Part shown: positions 44,686 to 55,137 of the stretch, in pieces
Position numbering within the stretch: the first letter of the stretch is position 1
Layout: the number at the start of each line of letters is the position of its first letter
Source: Devosia sp. 66-14
GTDB taxonomy: Bacteria; Pseudomonadota; Alphaproteobacteria; Rhizobiales; Devosiaceae
DNA length: 64,000 nt
Assembly: GCF_001899085.1 (NCBI RefSeq)
Contig: NZ_MKVB01000006.1
Location: 1,073,492-1,137,491, forward strand
Direction: 5' to 3'
Translations under genes and position numbers: made by a program
Notes under the pieces: generated by a model
What the model was told of the DNA's origin: nothing
Databases searched by the model: none
Seen by the model: only the letters and a program-made list of their open reading frames with translations

Positions 44686-46638
44686 ATGACCGAGCCGCTG
44701 ATTTCCATCCGGAAGCTCCGCCGCGAGTATCCGATCGGCACCGAGAGCATCACGGTGCTCAAGGATATCGACCTCGACATCGAGGCCGGCGAGATGATCG
44801 CCATCATCGGACAATCCGGCTCCGGCAAGTCGACATTGATGAACGTGCTCGGCTGCCTCGATAATGGCTGGACCGGCGAATACCGGCTCGCCGGACGCGA
44901 CATCGCGCGGCTCAAGCCCGATGAGCTGGCCGAGCTCCGGCGCGAGCATTTCGGTTTCATCTTCCAGCGCTACCAATTGCTGGCCGATCTCGATGCGCTG
45001 GAAAATGTCGAAGTGCCGGCGATCTATGCCGGTGCGCGCAAGCAGGCGCGGCGCGAGCGGGCGCACAAGCTGCTGGAGCGGCTGGGTCTGGGCGAGCGGC
45101 TGACGCACCGGCCGAACGCCCTGTCCGGCGGCCAGCAGCAACGTGTCAGCGTGGCGCGCGCGCTGATCAATGGCGGCGAGGTGATCCTCGCGGACGAACC
45201 CACCGGGGCGCTCGATTCACGGAGCGGCAAGGAGCTCATGGCGTTGCTCAAGGAGCTCAATGCCGAAGGGCATACCATCATCATCGTCACGCACGACCCC
45301 ACGGTGGCGGCACAGGCCGACCGGGTGGTCGAGCTGAGCGACGGCGTGATCGTCGCCGACCGCCGCAAGGATGGAGTCGATGCCCCGGCCGGCCGGTCCG
45401 GCGACGCCATCAAGCGGATTCCGCGCTGGCGCGAAGCGATCGACCGGGTCGGCGAAGCCTTCCAGATGGCGCTCAGGGCGCTGTCGAGCCATCGCCTGCG
45501 CACCTTTCTCACCATGCTCGGCATCATCATCGGCATCGCCTCGGTGGTGTCAGTGGTGGCGCTGGGGCAAGGCAGCCAGCAGGCGGTGCTCGACCGGATC
45601 AGTTCGATCGGCACCAACACCATCAACATCCTGCCCGGCACCAATGCCGCAGACCGGCGACGCGACGCGATCCGCACGCTGGTGCCGGCCGATGCGGCGG
45701 CGATCGCCGCGGAAAGCTACGCCGACAGCGTGACCCCGCAGGTCTCCAGCAACGGCCAGGCGCGCTATCGCAACGTCAGCGCCGCCGCGCAGGTGCAGGG
45801 CGTCGGGCCCGACTATTTCCGGGTCAACAATCGCAGCTTCGTCGAGGGTGCGGCATTCGATACGGCCAGCACCAGCGCGCTGGCGCAGGTGGCGGTGATC
45901 GACACCACGGCGCGCGACACGCTGTTCACCAACGGCGAAGATGCGGTCGGGCAAGTGGTGCTGGTCGGCAATGTGCCGCTCAGGATCATCGGCGTGGTCG
46001 CGGCGAGCACCAACAATTTCGGGCCGCAATCGAACTCGATCAGCATCTGGATGCCCTACACCACCGCGATGTCGCGGATCCTGGGGCAGAGCTGGCTGTC
46101 GACGATCACGGTCCGTGTCGCCGACACAGCCGACGTCACCGAGGCGCAGGCGGAGATCCAGGCGCTGCTCGAGCAGCGGCACGGCACGGTGGATTTCAGC
46201 CTGCAGAACACCGACACCATTCGCGAGACCATCCAGTCGACCTCGCAGACGCTGACGCTGCTGATCTCGGCCATTGCCGTGATCTCGCTGATCGTGGGCG
46301 GCATCGGGGTGATGAACATCATGCTGGTGTCGGTGCGCGAGCGGACCCGCGAGATCGGCGTGCGCATGGCGGTCGGGGCCCGGCAGGGTGATATCCTGCA
46401 GCAGTTCCTGATCGAGGCGGTGCTGGTCTGCCTGATCGGCGGCACGGTCGGTGTGCTGTTGTCGCTGGGCATCGGCTTCGGCGTCGAGCGGCTGATGAGC
46501 GGGCTCACCTTCATCTACTCGCCGGCGACGATCATCGCGGCGTTCGTCTCGTCGAGCCTGATCGGCGTGCTGTTCGGCTTCATGCCGGCGCGTTCGGCGG
46601 CGCGCCTCGACCCGGTGGTGGCGCTGGCCAGCGAGTGA
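44686..46638 (+). CDS. macB: MacB-family ABC exporter (ATPase + permease fusion)
   Basis: 'GQSGSGKST', 'LSGGQQQRV', 'ILADEPTGALD', 'LTMLGIIIGIASVV', 'GGIGVMNIMLVSVRERTREIG'. Confidence 0.95.
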   Translation: MTEPLISIRKLRREYPIGTESITVLKDIDLDIEAGEMIAIIGQSGSGKSTLMNVLGCLDNGWTGEYRLAGRDIARLKPDELAELRREHFGFIFQRYQLLADLDALENVEVPAIYAGARKQARRERAHKLLERLGLGERLTHRPNALSGGQQQRVSVARALINGGEVILADEPTGALDSRSGKELMALLKELNAEGHTIIIVTHDPTVAAQADRVVELSDGVIVADRRKDGVDAPAGRSGDAIKRIPRWREAIDRVGEAFQMALRALSSHRLRTFLTMLGIIIGIASVVSVVALGQGSQQAVLDRISSIGTNTINILPGTNAADRRRDAIRTLVPADAAAIAAESYADSVTPQVSSNGQARYRNVSAAAQVQGVGPDYFRVNNRSFVEGAAFDTASTSALAQVAVIDTTARDTLFTNGEDAVGQVVLVGNVPLRIIGVVAASTNNFGPQSNSISIWMPYTTAMSRILGQSWLSTITVRVADTADVTEAQAEIQALLEQRHGTVDFSLQNTDTIRETIQSTSQTLTLLISAIAVISLIVGGIGVMNIMLVSVRERTREIGVRMAVGARQGDILQQFLIEAVLVCLIGGTVGVLLSLGIGFGVERLMSGLTFIYSPATIIAAFVSSSLIGVLFGFMPARSAARLDPVVALASE

Positions 46639-46709
46639 GGCGACGGCCGGAGCATTTCACCGTTTGAATGACCGTCGAATGCTCCAGGTCCTTGATCTTG
46701 TCGCGCTCG

Positions 46710-47408
46710 TCACCAGAGGCCGGGGATCCAGCGGAAGCGGACCCGTTGCATGTAGTCGGCATAGCCGGACAACTCGGCTTCGAGCGTCGCTTCTTCGGCG
46801 AGCGTCCGCAGCGCCAGGGTGATGCAGCAGATCAGCACAGGAATGACTGCCGCGAGCGAACCGAGCGCCAGCGCCGTGCCGAGACCCAGCGCGAGGCCGC
46901 CGGCATAGCCGGGATGACGAATGACGGCATAGGGACCGGTGTCGATGACCTTGTGGCCGCGATCGGTCTGGATGCGCACCGTCAGCTCGAAGTGCCGGTT
47001 GACGCCCTGCGCCCAGCTGGTGATCCAGAACCCGGCGATGAACAGCAGGTAGCCCAACCAGATCAGGGCTGCGGGGGCCTGCAGCCAGTCGAAGCGAAAA
47101 TCCAGGCCGGCGACCGGCAGGATCAGCGCGAATGCGGCAACGGTGACGGCCACATAGGCGAAGTCCCAGGATTTGCTGCCGGCCTGCGGTCGCCGTCGCA
47201 CCGCGAACAGTTCCGGATCGACGCGCCACAGATAGGCGATGGCGATAGCGATAACGACGACGAACAGCGCCAGATATCGCCATGCTGCCGCCCAATCGAC
47301 GGTGCCTGCGGCACCGAACAACAAGACAGCCATGATGAGCAGCGTGACGGCAAGCGAGCCGAGCGACCGATAGAGATCGGGGCGAAAGTCTCGTCGAGCG
47401 TCCGGCAT
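46710..47408 (-). CDS. Isoprenylcysteine carboxylmethyltransferase (ICMT/PEMT)-family membrane protein
   Basis: 'HKVIDTGPYAVIRHPGYAG', 'EEATL...GYADY...VRFRWIPGLW'. Confidence 0.88.
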   Translation of the reverse strand: MPDARRDFRPDLYRSLGSLAVTLLIMAVLLFGAAGTVDWAAAWRYLALFVVVIAIAIAYLWRVDPELFAVRRRPQAGSKSWDFAYVAVTVAAFALILPVAGLDFRFDWLQAPAALIWLGYLLFIAGFWITSWAQGVNRHFELTVRIQTDRGHKVIDTGPYAVIRHPGYAGGLALGLGTALALGSLAAVIPVLICCITLALRTLAEEATLEAELSGYADYMQRVRFRWIPGLW

Positions 47409-47461
47409 TTTCCACTCCGCGCCGATGGAGCTTAGCACCAGTGCCGCGGCGACGCGAACCG

Positions 47462-47965
47462 TCAGGGGAAGTTGGCGGCGACAATCCGGAGGGCGGCGGC
47501 ATAGTCGTCGGCGCTGCGGAAGAACTCAGGGCGGAGCAGCACCCAGCTGTTGTCCTCGGTCCGCAGGGCAACGTAGCCGGGCTGCACGACCTTGTTCACG
47601 AACAGCGGCCAGCGCATCAGGCTTTCGCCCTTCGGCGTCACAAGGCGGATACCCGTATCGCCGATCTCGACCGTCTGCGGCTTGGCGGCGATCGGGCCGG
47701 CAGTCGCCTTGCCGACCCGCCAGGCGCCGGCGGTGACGGCCAGCACGGCCCCGAGCAGGGCGCCCCAGGGAGCGGCATCGCCGAGATGCACAGCGGGACC
47801 GCCCACCAACCGCTGAACCAGGGTCGTCACGCCGAGGCCGAGCACGGCGCCCACCACGCACATGACGAGTGCGGCGGCCCATAGCGGCAGCGCCGTGGAT
47901 TGCCCGAACGCGGTCTGCAGCCGCTTCAGGTCGCTGGCATCGTAGACGATGGTGCCGGTGATCAT
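47462..47965 (-). CDS. YcxB-like membrane protein
   Basis: Two N-terminal TM helices, then 'VEIGDTGIRL...ESLMRW...LLRPEFF'. Confidence 0.6.
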   Translation of the reverse strand: MITGTIVYDASDLKRLQTAFGQSTALPLWAAALVMCVVGAVLGLGVTTLVQRLVGGPAVHLGDAAPWGALLGAVLAVTAGAWRVGKATAGPIAAKPQTVEIGDTGIRLVTPKGESLMRWPLFVNKVVQPGYVALRTEDNSWVLLRPEFFRSADDYAAALRIVAANFP

Positions 47966-47996
47966 GCGGGGCTCCGATCAGCCGGCGGCAATGCCG

Positions 47997-49010
47997 TCAG
48001 TGCTGGTGCGAGTGCTGCTCGTCGAACTCGTGCGGCTTGAAGTGGTAGTCGGCCGAGCAGAACTCGCAGACCACTTCGATCTCGCCGTCGACAACCATCT
48101 CCTGGCGCTCTTCGGCCGAGAAATTGTCGCGCAGCATCGCCTCGATGCGCTCGGCCGAGCAGGTGCAGCGCTCCTCGAGCGCGATCGGCTCGAAGATACG
48201 GACGCCCGGCTCGTTGAACAGCCGGAACAGCAGACGCTCGGCAGAAAGCTCGGGATCGGCCAGTTCGTCGTCGCCCACGGTCGAGAGATACGCCCGGGTG
48301 GTCGTCCACTTGTCGTCCTCGACGAAATCCGGATCGGCGGTCTCGGGGTTGTCGAAATTGCCGTCGCCCGGCAGGTCCGGCATCACCGACTGGCCGTGCG
48401 GCGGCAGGAACTGCACCAATGCGCCACCGGCCCGCCACTGCGGGCCACCGGCACCGCGCACGGAATGCTCGGCAACGGCCAGGCGGACCAGCGTCGGGAT
48501 CTGCTCGGATTGCTGGAAATAGGCATGCGCCACGTCTTCGAGCGTACCGCCCTCGAGCGCCACGATCCCCTGATAGCGCTCCATATGGACGCCCTGATCG
48601 ACGGTCATGGCCAGGTGCCCCTTGCCGAGCAGCTGGCCCGGCTTGGTCTCGCCGCGTTCGATCGCCGTCATCACCGCGTCGGCGTCGAAGCGGGCATAGC
48701 CGCGCAGGCCGTCGGGCGCGTCGAGGTCGACGACGATGAGGTTCACCGGCCCGTCGGTCTGGGTCTGAAGGATGAAGCGGCCCTCGAACTTCAGCGACGA
48801 GCCGATGAGGGACGCCAGCACCACGGCTTCGCCGAGCAGGCGCGCCACCGGGGCAGGATAATTGTGGCGGGTGAGGATCGCATCGAGCGCCGGCCCGAGG
48901 CGGACCACGCGACCCCGGCTGTCGAGGCCGTCGAGGGTGAACGGCACCACGACGTCATCACCCGACTCCGGGCGATCGAGGCCATAGGTGCTGAGCTCAG
49001 TCTGAGTCAT
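47997..49010 (-). CDS. hslO: Hsp33 redox-regulated chaperone
   Basis: 'QTDGPV', 'YQGIVAL', 'YFQQSEQIPT', zinc ligands 'CTCS...CEFC'. Confidence 0.95.
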   Translation of the reverse strand: MTQTELSTYGLDRPESGDDVVVPFTLDGLDSRGRVVRLGPALDAILTRHNYPAPVARLLGEAVVLASLIGSSLKFEGRFILQTQTDGPVNLIVVDLDAPDGLRGYARFDADAVMTAIERGETKPGQLLGKGHLAMTVDQGVHMERYQGIVALEGGTLEDVAHAYFQQSEQIPTLVRLAVAEHSVRGAGGPQWRAGGALVQFLPPHGQSVMPDLPGDGNFDNPETADPDFVEDDKWTTTRAYLSTVGDDELADPELSAERLLFRLFNEPGVRIFEPIALEERCTCSAERIEAMLRDNFSAEERQEMVVDGEIEVVCEFCSADYHFKPHEFDEQHSHQH

Positions 49011-49099
49011 CCAAAATCCAATCTCGCGGGAACAACCCCGGTCCTATCGGATCGGGGCCCCGCGCTGGTTCGTGTCGCGCATAACAGTATCGCAGAACG

Positions 49100-50035
49100 C
49101 TAGATGTTCTGCCGGTCCTGACCCAGTGCCCAGCACAGGATCGCCTTCTGGGCGTGAAGCCGATTTTCGGCTTCATCAAAGACCACCGATTGCGGCCCGT
49201 CTATGACCTCGTCGGTCACCTCGTCGCCGCGATGGGCCGGAAGGCAATGCATGAACAGCGCATCCTTGTCGGCCAAGCCCATCAATTGGGTATTCACCTG
49301 GTAGGGTTTCAAGGCCCGGCGGCGCTCGGCGGCATCGGTATCGCCCATCGAGACCCAGGTGTCGGTGATGATCAGGTCGGCGCCGCGCACCGCTTCCTGC
49401 GGATCCTCGATCAGCCTGACGGCCGCACCGGCCTTCTTGATGTCGGCGAGCAGGTCTTTTTCCGGGGCATATTCCTCGGGCACCGCTATGGTGAGTTCGG
49501 CGCCGAACAGCTCGGCGGCGTTGACCCAGCTGGCCAGCACGTTGTTGCTGTCGCCGACCCAGGCGACCTTGGCGCCCTTGATGCTGCCGCGGTGCTCTTC
49601 GAAGGTCATGACGTCGGCCATCACCTGGCAGGGATGGGCACGGCGGGTGAGGCCATTGATCACCGGCACGGTGGCCGCCTCGGCCAGATCGAGCAGATCC
49701 TGATGCGTGAGGATGCGGATCATGATCGCATCGACATAGCGCGACATCACCTTGGCAGTGTCGGCAAGCGTTTCCTCGCGGGAAAGCTGCATTTCCTGGC
49801 CGGTGAGGAAGATGGTTTCGCCACCGAGCTGGCGCATGCCGACATCGAAGCTGACACGCGTGCGGGTGGATTGGCGCTCGAAGATCATCGCCAGCACCTT
49901 GTCCTTGAGGAGCAGCGGTCGATCGCCCTGTTTCAATCGGTCTTTCAGTTCGACGGCCTGGCTGAGCATGCCGCGCAGCGTCGTGGCATCGAAATCGTCG
50001 AGGTTGAGGAAGTGCCTAGGTGGGGTAGCGGTCAT
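49100..50035 (-). CDS. argF: Ornithine carbamoyltransferase
   Basis: 'STRTRVSF', 'HPCQ', 'TDTWVSMG', 'MHCLPAHRG', 'AENRLH'. Confidence 0.97.
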   Translation of the reverse strand: MTATPPRHFLNLDDFDATTLRGMLSQAVELKDRLKQGDRPLLLKDKVLAMIFERQSTRTRVSFDVGMRQLGGETIFLTGQEMQLSREETLADTAKVMSRYVDAIMIRILTHQDLLDLAEAATVPVINGLTRRAHPCQVMADVMTFEEHRGSIKGAKVAWVGDSNNVLASWVNAAELFGAELTIAVPEEYAPEKDLLADIKKAGAAVRLIEDPQEAVRGADLIITDTWVSMGDTDAAERRRALKPYQVNTQLMGLADKDALFMHCLPAHRGDEVTDEVIDGPQSVVFDEAENRLHAQKAILCWALGQDRQNI

Positions 50036-50114
50036 TTTGGGACCTCTCCTTTTCGGAACGCGCCGAGCGGGAGCTGCTGTCTCCCGCCCTTCAGATCGCG
50101 TGCCGTGAATGGGA

Positions 50115-51323
50115 TCAGGCGGTTGCGTTACCTGAGGCCTGGCCGGCGGCCTCGGCCTCGATGGCCTCGAAGACCGCCGTGAGCTTGCCCATGGCCTCTT
50201 CGATATCGGCCTCGGTCACCACCAGCGGCGGCAACAGACGGAGCACGTTCTCGTTGGCGGTCATGGCCAGCATGTGATGCTCGTCGCGCAGCCGGACGGC
50301 AACGTCGCGCACCGGCGAGGCAATGCGGATGCCGGCGAGCAGGCCCTTGCCGCGCAGCTCGAGCACCTGGCTGGGGAAACGCTGCGCCAGCTGCTGCAGG
50401 TGCCAGTTGAGCCGCTGGCCCATCTTGTCGACGTGATCGAAGAAGCCGGGCGCCAGCATGCGGTCGAGCACGGCGTTGCCCATGGCCGAAGCCAGGGGGT
50501 TGCCGCCATAGGTCGAGCCGTGCGTGCCGGGGATCATCGACTTGGCCACCTCGCCCTTGGCGAGGCAGGCGCCGAGCGGAAAGCCGGCGCCGATGCCCTT
50601 GGCCACCGCCATGATGTCGGGCTCGATGCCGCTCCACTCATGGGCGAAGAACTTGCCGGTGCGACCGTAGCCGCACTGCACTTCGTCGAGGATCAGCAGC
50701 ATGCCGTGCTTGTCGCACAGCGCGCGCAGGCCCCGCATGTATTCGCCGGTCATGGCGGTGACCCCGCCCTCGCCCTGCACCGGCTCGATCAGGATGGCGC
50801 AGGTCTTTGGGGTGATGGCCGCCTCGACGGCCTTGAGGTCGCCGGGGGCCAGGTGCTTGAAGCCGGCGAGCGGCGGGCCGAAGCCCTCGAGATAGTGCTC
50901 GTTGCCGGAGGCGGCGATCATCCCCATGGTACGGCCATGGAAGGAGCCGGTGAAGGCGATGATCTCGTAGCGATCCGTCTCGCCCTTGGCCCAGAAATAA
51001 TGCCGGGCGGTCTTGACCGCGCACTCCACCGCCTCGGTACCCGAATTGGTGAAGAAGCACGCGTCGGCGAAGGTGTTGTCGACCAGGCGCTGACCGAGCC
51101 GCTCCTGCTCGGGAATGGTGAAGGTGTTGGCAGTGTGCCAGACTTTTTCGGCCGCCGCCTTCAGCGCCGCCACCATGTGCGGGTCGCCGTGACCCAGCGC
51201 GTTGACCGCCACGCCGGCGTGAAAATCGAGGTAGGGCGTGCCGTCCTGCGCGAACAATCGCACGCCCTCGCCCCGCTCAAAAGCGAGGTCGGACCGGGCA
51301 TACGTACCGTACAGCGCAGACAT
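50115..51323 (-). CDS. argD: Acetylornithine aminotransferase
   Basis: 'NSGTEAVE', 'SFHGRT', 'EPVQGEGG', '[11 protein letters not shown]', 'AKGIGAGFP', 'HGSTYGGNP'. Adjacent to argF. Confidence 0.93.
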   Translation of the reverse strand: MSALYGTYARSDLAFERGEGVRLFAQDGTPYLDFHAGVAVNALGHGDPHMVAALKAAAEKVWHTANTFTIPEQERLGQRLVDNTFADACFFTNSGTEAVECAVKTARHYFWAKGETDRYEIIAFTGSFHGRTMGMIAASGNEHYLEGFGPPLAGFKHLAPGDLKAVEAAITPKTCAILIEPVQGEGGVTAMTGEYMRGLRALCDKHGMLLILDEVQCGYGRTGKFFAHEWSGIEPDIMAVAKGIGAGFPLGACLAKGEVAKSMIPGTHGSTYGGNPLASAMGNAVLDRMLAPGFFDHVDKMGQRLNWHLQQLAQRFPSQVLELRGKGLLAGIRIASPVRDVAVRLRDEHHMLAMTANENVLRLLPPLVVTEADIEEAMGKLTAVFEAIEAEAAGQASGNATA

Positions 51324-51716
51324 CTTCGCACCCCTTTCATGGGCTCAATTCGGGACTGTTGCAAAAGCCCCACAAAAACCAAAAACGCGCTGCGAAAATG
51401 CGGCGCGTTGCAGGCTCTCCATATGCCTTTGTGGAGTACTTAAGTCAACGGAAACGGGGCTCGCGGCCCTCAAGTGCCTGATTTGAACAGGCTTCCGCCG
51501 ACCGCCAAATTGCAGACGCTTTTTCCCCGTGTAAAACGGCAGCGACTCTTGCACCGGATTCCGCGACCCGTGTAGTATCAAGGCATTGGGACACGATATC
51601 TCGTGTGGCGGACCCATCAGACCTACGATGCGTAGCGTATCGGGCTGTTGCTGAGGCAACGGCACGGCTGAGGAGTCTGTCAGAGTCCTGAATGGCGGTT
51701 TAGGAGCGGATAGTTG

Positions 51717-52283
51717 ATGGGCTGGACTGAAGAACGCGTCGAGCTGCTCAAGAAACTTTGGCTTGAGGGGCTGAGCGCCAGTCAGATCGCCGGGGTATTG
51801 GGTGAAGGCGTGACCCGTAATGCGGTGATCGGCAAAGTGCACCGGCTGAAGCTCTCGGGCCGCGCCAAGCCGGCGACCTCGACCCCGCGGGTGCGCAGCG
51901 CACCGCGTCCGGCCGCCCGCCGCGTTTCGTCGCCGGCCAGCACCTCGCGGTCGAGCGGGCTGGGCACGGTGATGAAGACCCGCAACTCGATGAATGTCGG
52001 CGGTGGCGGTGGTGGCGGCGCGATCCAGGGCGCGACGGCGCTGAAGATGGAAGAAGAATTCGCGGTCGAGATGGAGATGGCGCCGCAGGCGGCCGAGCTC
52101 TTCATCCCGGTCGAGCAGCGGCTGACGCTGCTGCAGCTCAGCGAACACACCTGCAAGTGGCCGATCGGCGACCCGCTGACGCCCGACTTCTACTTCTGTG
52201 GTCAGCACTCGAACGAGGGCAAGCCCTATTGCGAGTTCCACTCGCGCCGGGCCTACCACCAGATCGACAAGAAGAAGCGCTGA
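51717..52283 (+). CDS. gcrA: GcrA cell-cycle regulator
   Basis: 'MGWTEERVELLKKLWLEGLSASQIA...TRNAVIGKVHRLKL' and 'CKWPIGDP...FYFCG...YCEFH'. Confidence 0.97.
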   Translation: MGWTEERVELLKKLWLEGLSASQIAGVLGEGVTRNAVIGKVHRLKLSGRAKPATSTPRVRSAPRPAARRVSSPASTSRSSGLGTVMKTRNSMNVGGGGGGGAIQGATALKMEEEFAVEMEMAPQAAELFIPVEQRLTLLQLSEHTCKWPIGDPLTPDFYFCGQHSNEGKPYCEFHSRRAYHQIDKKKR

Positions 52284-52302
52284 GCCACGGGTTGGTTTTG
52301 CA

Positions 52303-52328
52303 AAAGGCCGGGAGCGATCCCGGCCTTT
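52303..52328 (+). terminator. Rho-independent terminator after gcrA
   Basis: AAAGGCCGGGA-GCGA-TCCCGGCCTTT stem with a GNRA loop. Confidence 0.8.
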
Positions 52329-52353
52329 GTCGTTCATGACGCAGGAGGACAGC

Positions 52354-52914
52354 ATGGCGGGCACCACTTACCTGGCGCTGCTGCGCGGCATCAATGTCGG
52401 CGGCAAGAACAAGGTGCCGATGGCGGCGCTGAAAGCGCTGCTGGAAGAGATCGGGCTCGAGGATGTCTCGACCTATATCGCCTCGGGCAATGCCATGTTC
52501 CGCTCGAAACTCGCGGCCGCGACCATTGCCCGCAAGATCGAGGACGGGTTGACCTCGACGTTCAAGCTGGATGACGAGCTGGTCAAGGTGCTGGTGCTCA
52601 GCCACGCCCAGCTCAAGGCGATCGTCGACAAACGCCCCAAGGGGTTCGGCGATGCGCCCGACACGTACCACAGCGACGCGGTGTTCCTGATGGACATCGA
52701 CCGCGACGAGGCATTCGCGGTGTTCAAGCCGCGCGACGGCGTCGACAAGGTGTGGCCGGGCGAAGGCATGATCTATTCGCAGCGGCTCAGCGCCGAGCGG
52801 ACCAAGAGCCGGCTCAGCAAGATCATGGAGTCCCCGCTCTACAAATCGATGACCATCCGCAGCTGGCAGACGACGCAGAAACTGCTGGAGCTGCTGGAGG
52901 CCGGCAGGAAATAG
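52354..52914 (+). CDS. DUF1697-family protein
   Basis: 'YLALLRGINVGGKNKVPMAAL', 'TYIASGN', 'TIRSWQT'. RBS AGGAGG. Confidence 0.88.
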   Translation: MAGTTYLALLRGINVGGKNKVPMAALKALLEEIGLEDVSTYIASGNAMFRSKLAAATIARKIEDGLTSTFKLDDELVKVLVLSHAQLKAIVDKRPKGFGDAPDTYHSDAVFLMDIDRDEAFAVFKPRDGVDKVWPGEGMIYSQRLSAERTKSRLSKIMESPLYKSMTIRSWQTTQKLLELLEAGRK

Positions 52915-52915
52915 C

Positions 52916-53281
52916 TCAGGCGGTGCGTGGGGGCACCAGCCCCAACATCGCCGCAGCCAGCACCTCGTGCACGTCCTGTCGTCCGCCATCGGCGCCCGCG
53001 ATGCGCAGCCGTTGCACGGTGTGGCCGTTGTAGAGACTGACCATGAAATCCTCGACACCGAGCTTGCCGTAGTCGGCCAGCGGCACCGCGACGGCTTCGG
53101 TGACCAGCTGGGCGCGGCCGGCGACGAGGTCGAAGATCGCGGCGAGCGCCGGGCTGGCGCCGGCCAGCCCCTCGCGAAACTCCAGCACATCGGCGGCCGG
53201 CTCGGCGCGGGCGCTGAACAAGCGATCCGCGTAAGCGTCGACCAGGTACGCCGCGAGCATCGCCTTCCGGCGCGACAGCAT
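52916..53281 (-). CDS. Hypothetical protein (start uncertain, frame extends upstream)
   Basis: 121-aa ORF with coding-like composition. The in-frame upstream sequence 'ADLARHLAYLEEALADAREA' runs into the end of the hydrolase gene. Confidence 0.55.
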   Translation of the reverse strand: MLSRRKAMLAAYLVDAYADRLFSARAEPAADVLEFREGLAGASPALAAIFDLVAGRAQLVTEAVAVPLADYGKLGVEDFMVSLYNGHTVQRLRIAGADGGRQDVHEVLAAAMLGLVPPRTA

Positions 53282-53336
53282 CGCCTCGCGGGCATCCGCC
53301 AGCGCCTCCTCCAGATAGGCGAGGTGGCGCGCCAGG

Positions 53337-54011
53337 TCAGCCGAGGTGCTTATGGAAGAACTCCAGCGAGCGCACCGAGGCCTTGGTGCAGGAGGCCTCG
53401 TCGAACTTTTCCGGCCGGTCGCTGTTACAGAAGCCGTGGTCGCCGCTATAGACGTAGATATCCGCCTCGGGGTGGCGCCCCTTGAGCTGCTCGACCTGAT
53501 CGAGCGGGATGCCCTGGTCCTTGTCGCCGAAATGCATCTCCGTCGGCACCTTGGGGGTCAGCTCGATATAGCTGGGCACGCCGCCTCCATAATAGCCCGA
53601 GGCAGCGCTGAGACCGTCGAGCCTGCTGGCGGCGATCCAGCTGACGCGGCCGCCGAAGCAGTAGCCGGTGATGCCGACCTTGCCGGCTTCGGAGGCGGCC
53701 TTGATGGCGGCCTCGACGTCGGTCATGGCGGTCTCCATCGAGAACTTCTTCATCAGCTCGCCGACCAGGGCGAAGTGATCGGGCGCGTAGTTGTTGCTCT
53801 CGAAGCCATACTCGGCGCGGTCGAACATCGCCGGGGCGATGGTCAGGTAGCCGTGACGGGCCCAGCGGTCGGCGACGCCACGGACCCAGTTGCTGAGGCC
53901 CCAGACCTCCTGGATCAGCACCACGCCGCCACGCGGCTTGCCGTCCGGTGCGGCGCGATAGGCGTTGAGGACGAAACCATCGGCGGCAGTGAGTTTGATG
54001 CGTTCGCCCAT
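53337..54011 (-). CDS. Dienelactone hydrolase family protein
   Basis: 'LIQEVWG', nucleophile 'GYCFGG', 'HFGDKD', 'DHGF'. Confidence 0.92.
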   Translation of the reverse strand: MGERIKLTAADGFVLNAYRAAPDGKPRGGVVLIQEVWGLSNWVRGVADRWARHGYLTIAPAMFDRAEYGFESNNYAPDHFALVGELMKKFSMETAMTDVEAAIKAASEAGKVGITGYCFGGRVSWIAASRLDGLSAASGYYGGGVPSYIELTPKVPTEMHFGDKDQGIPLDQVEQLKGRHPEADIYVYSGDHGFCNSDRPEKFDEASCTKASVRSLEFFHKHLG

Positions 54012-54096
54012 TGGGGCCTCCGTCAGGACTGGGTTGGTCGGCAGGACCACTCTAGCGGCGGGTTGCCGGCTGGAGCGAGCCCGGATAGCGCGATCG

Positions 54097-55137
54097 TTAC
54101 GTCAGGACCGGGGTGGCCGGGCCCGGCGCGTCGGGGTGCAACAGACCCGCGGCCCTGAGCTCGGACCACAAGGCGTCGGGGATCGCCTTGCGATAACCGG
54201 CGAGGTTGTCGTTGAACTCGGCGACGTTGGAGAAGCCGGGGATGATGGCGGTAATGGCGGCGTGGCCGAGCGGGAAACTGAGCGCGGCACGGATCAGCGT
54301 GGTGTCGTGCCTGTCGCACAGCTCCTTGATGCGGCGGGTTTTCTCGATCATTTCGGGGCTCGCCTGCGCATAGTCGTAAATGGCGTTGGGAACCGGCCCG
54401 GTGGCGAGGATGCCGCTGTTGAGTGGCGCGCCATCGACGATCGCCACGCCTTCACGCTGCACGCGCGGCAGCAGGGTGTCGATCACCTCCTGGTCGAGCA
54501 GGGTATAGCGGTTGGCGAGGAGGAAGATGTCGAAACGGGCATGGTTCATCAGCTCGTCGATGATCTGCCACTCGTTGACCCCTGCCCCGATCGCCCTCAC
54601 GGCGCCGGAGGCGCGCAGTTCCTCGAGCGCCCGGATGCCGCCGCCGTCGAGTGCCTGCGCCATGCTCTCGGCATGATGTTCGCGCTGGCTGAAGGCGCCG
54701 ATGTCGTGGAGGAACAGGATGTCGATGCTTTCGAGCCCGAGCCGCTGCAGCGAGTTGTCGTAGCTCCGCATCACCCCGTCATAGCTGAAGTCGAACTTCG
54801 GCCGGAACGGCAGGGCGCGCGGATCGCCCTGGCGCTGCATGGCGAAGGCGCGGTCGGGGACCAGCAGGCGGCCGACCTTGGTCGAGAGGACGTAGCTATC
54901 CCGCGGTTTGTCGCGCAGGAAATCGCCGATCCGGCGCTCCGACAGGCCGGCGCCATAGAAGGGCGCGGTATCGAAATAGCGGATGCCGGCATCCCACGCC
55001 GCCTCGAGCAGTTCGCGCGCCCCGGCTTCGGTGGGCGCCCGCCTGAGATCGCCGAGCGGCGCGCCGCCAAAGCCGATCCGGCTGATCTCAAGACCTGTCT
55101 GGCCGACCGGACGGGACGGGATCAGCGTGCCGCCCAC
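54097..55137 (-). CDS. Aldo/keto reductase (D-threo-aldose dehydrogenase-like)
   Basis: 'GFGGAPLG', 'FDTAPFYG', 'LSTKVG', 'DILFLHD', 'LLANRYTLL'. Confidence 0.9.
   Translation of the reverse strand: MGGTLIPSRPVGQTGLEISRIGFGGAPLGDLRRAPTEAGARELLEAAWDAGIRYFDTAPFYGAGLSERRIGDFLRDKPRDSYVLSTKVGRLLVPDRAFAMQRQGDPRALPFRPKFDFSYDGVMRSYDNSLQRLGLESIDILFLHDIGAFSQREHHAESMAQALDGGGIRALEELRASGAVRAIGAGVNEWQIIDELMNHARFDIFLLANRYTLLDQEVIDTLLPRVQREGVAIVDGAPLNSGILATGPVPNAIYDYAQASPEMIEKTRRIKELCDRHDTTLIRAALSFPLGHAAITAIIPGFSNVAEFNDNLAGYRKAIPDALWSELRAAGLLHPDAPGPATPVLT

Noticed and set aside
51998-52020. GGC/GGT microsatellite as a phase-variation tract
   Set aside because: It is an imperfect in-frame triplet run encoding a poly-Gly linker in GcrA's variable region and cannot shift the frame.
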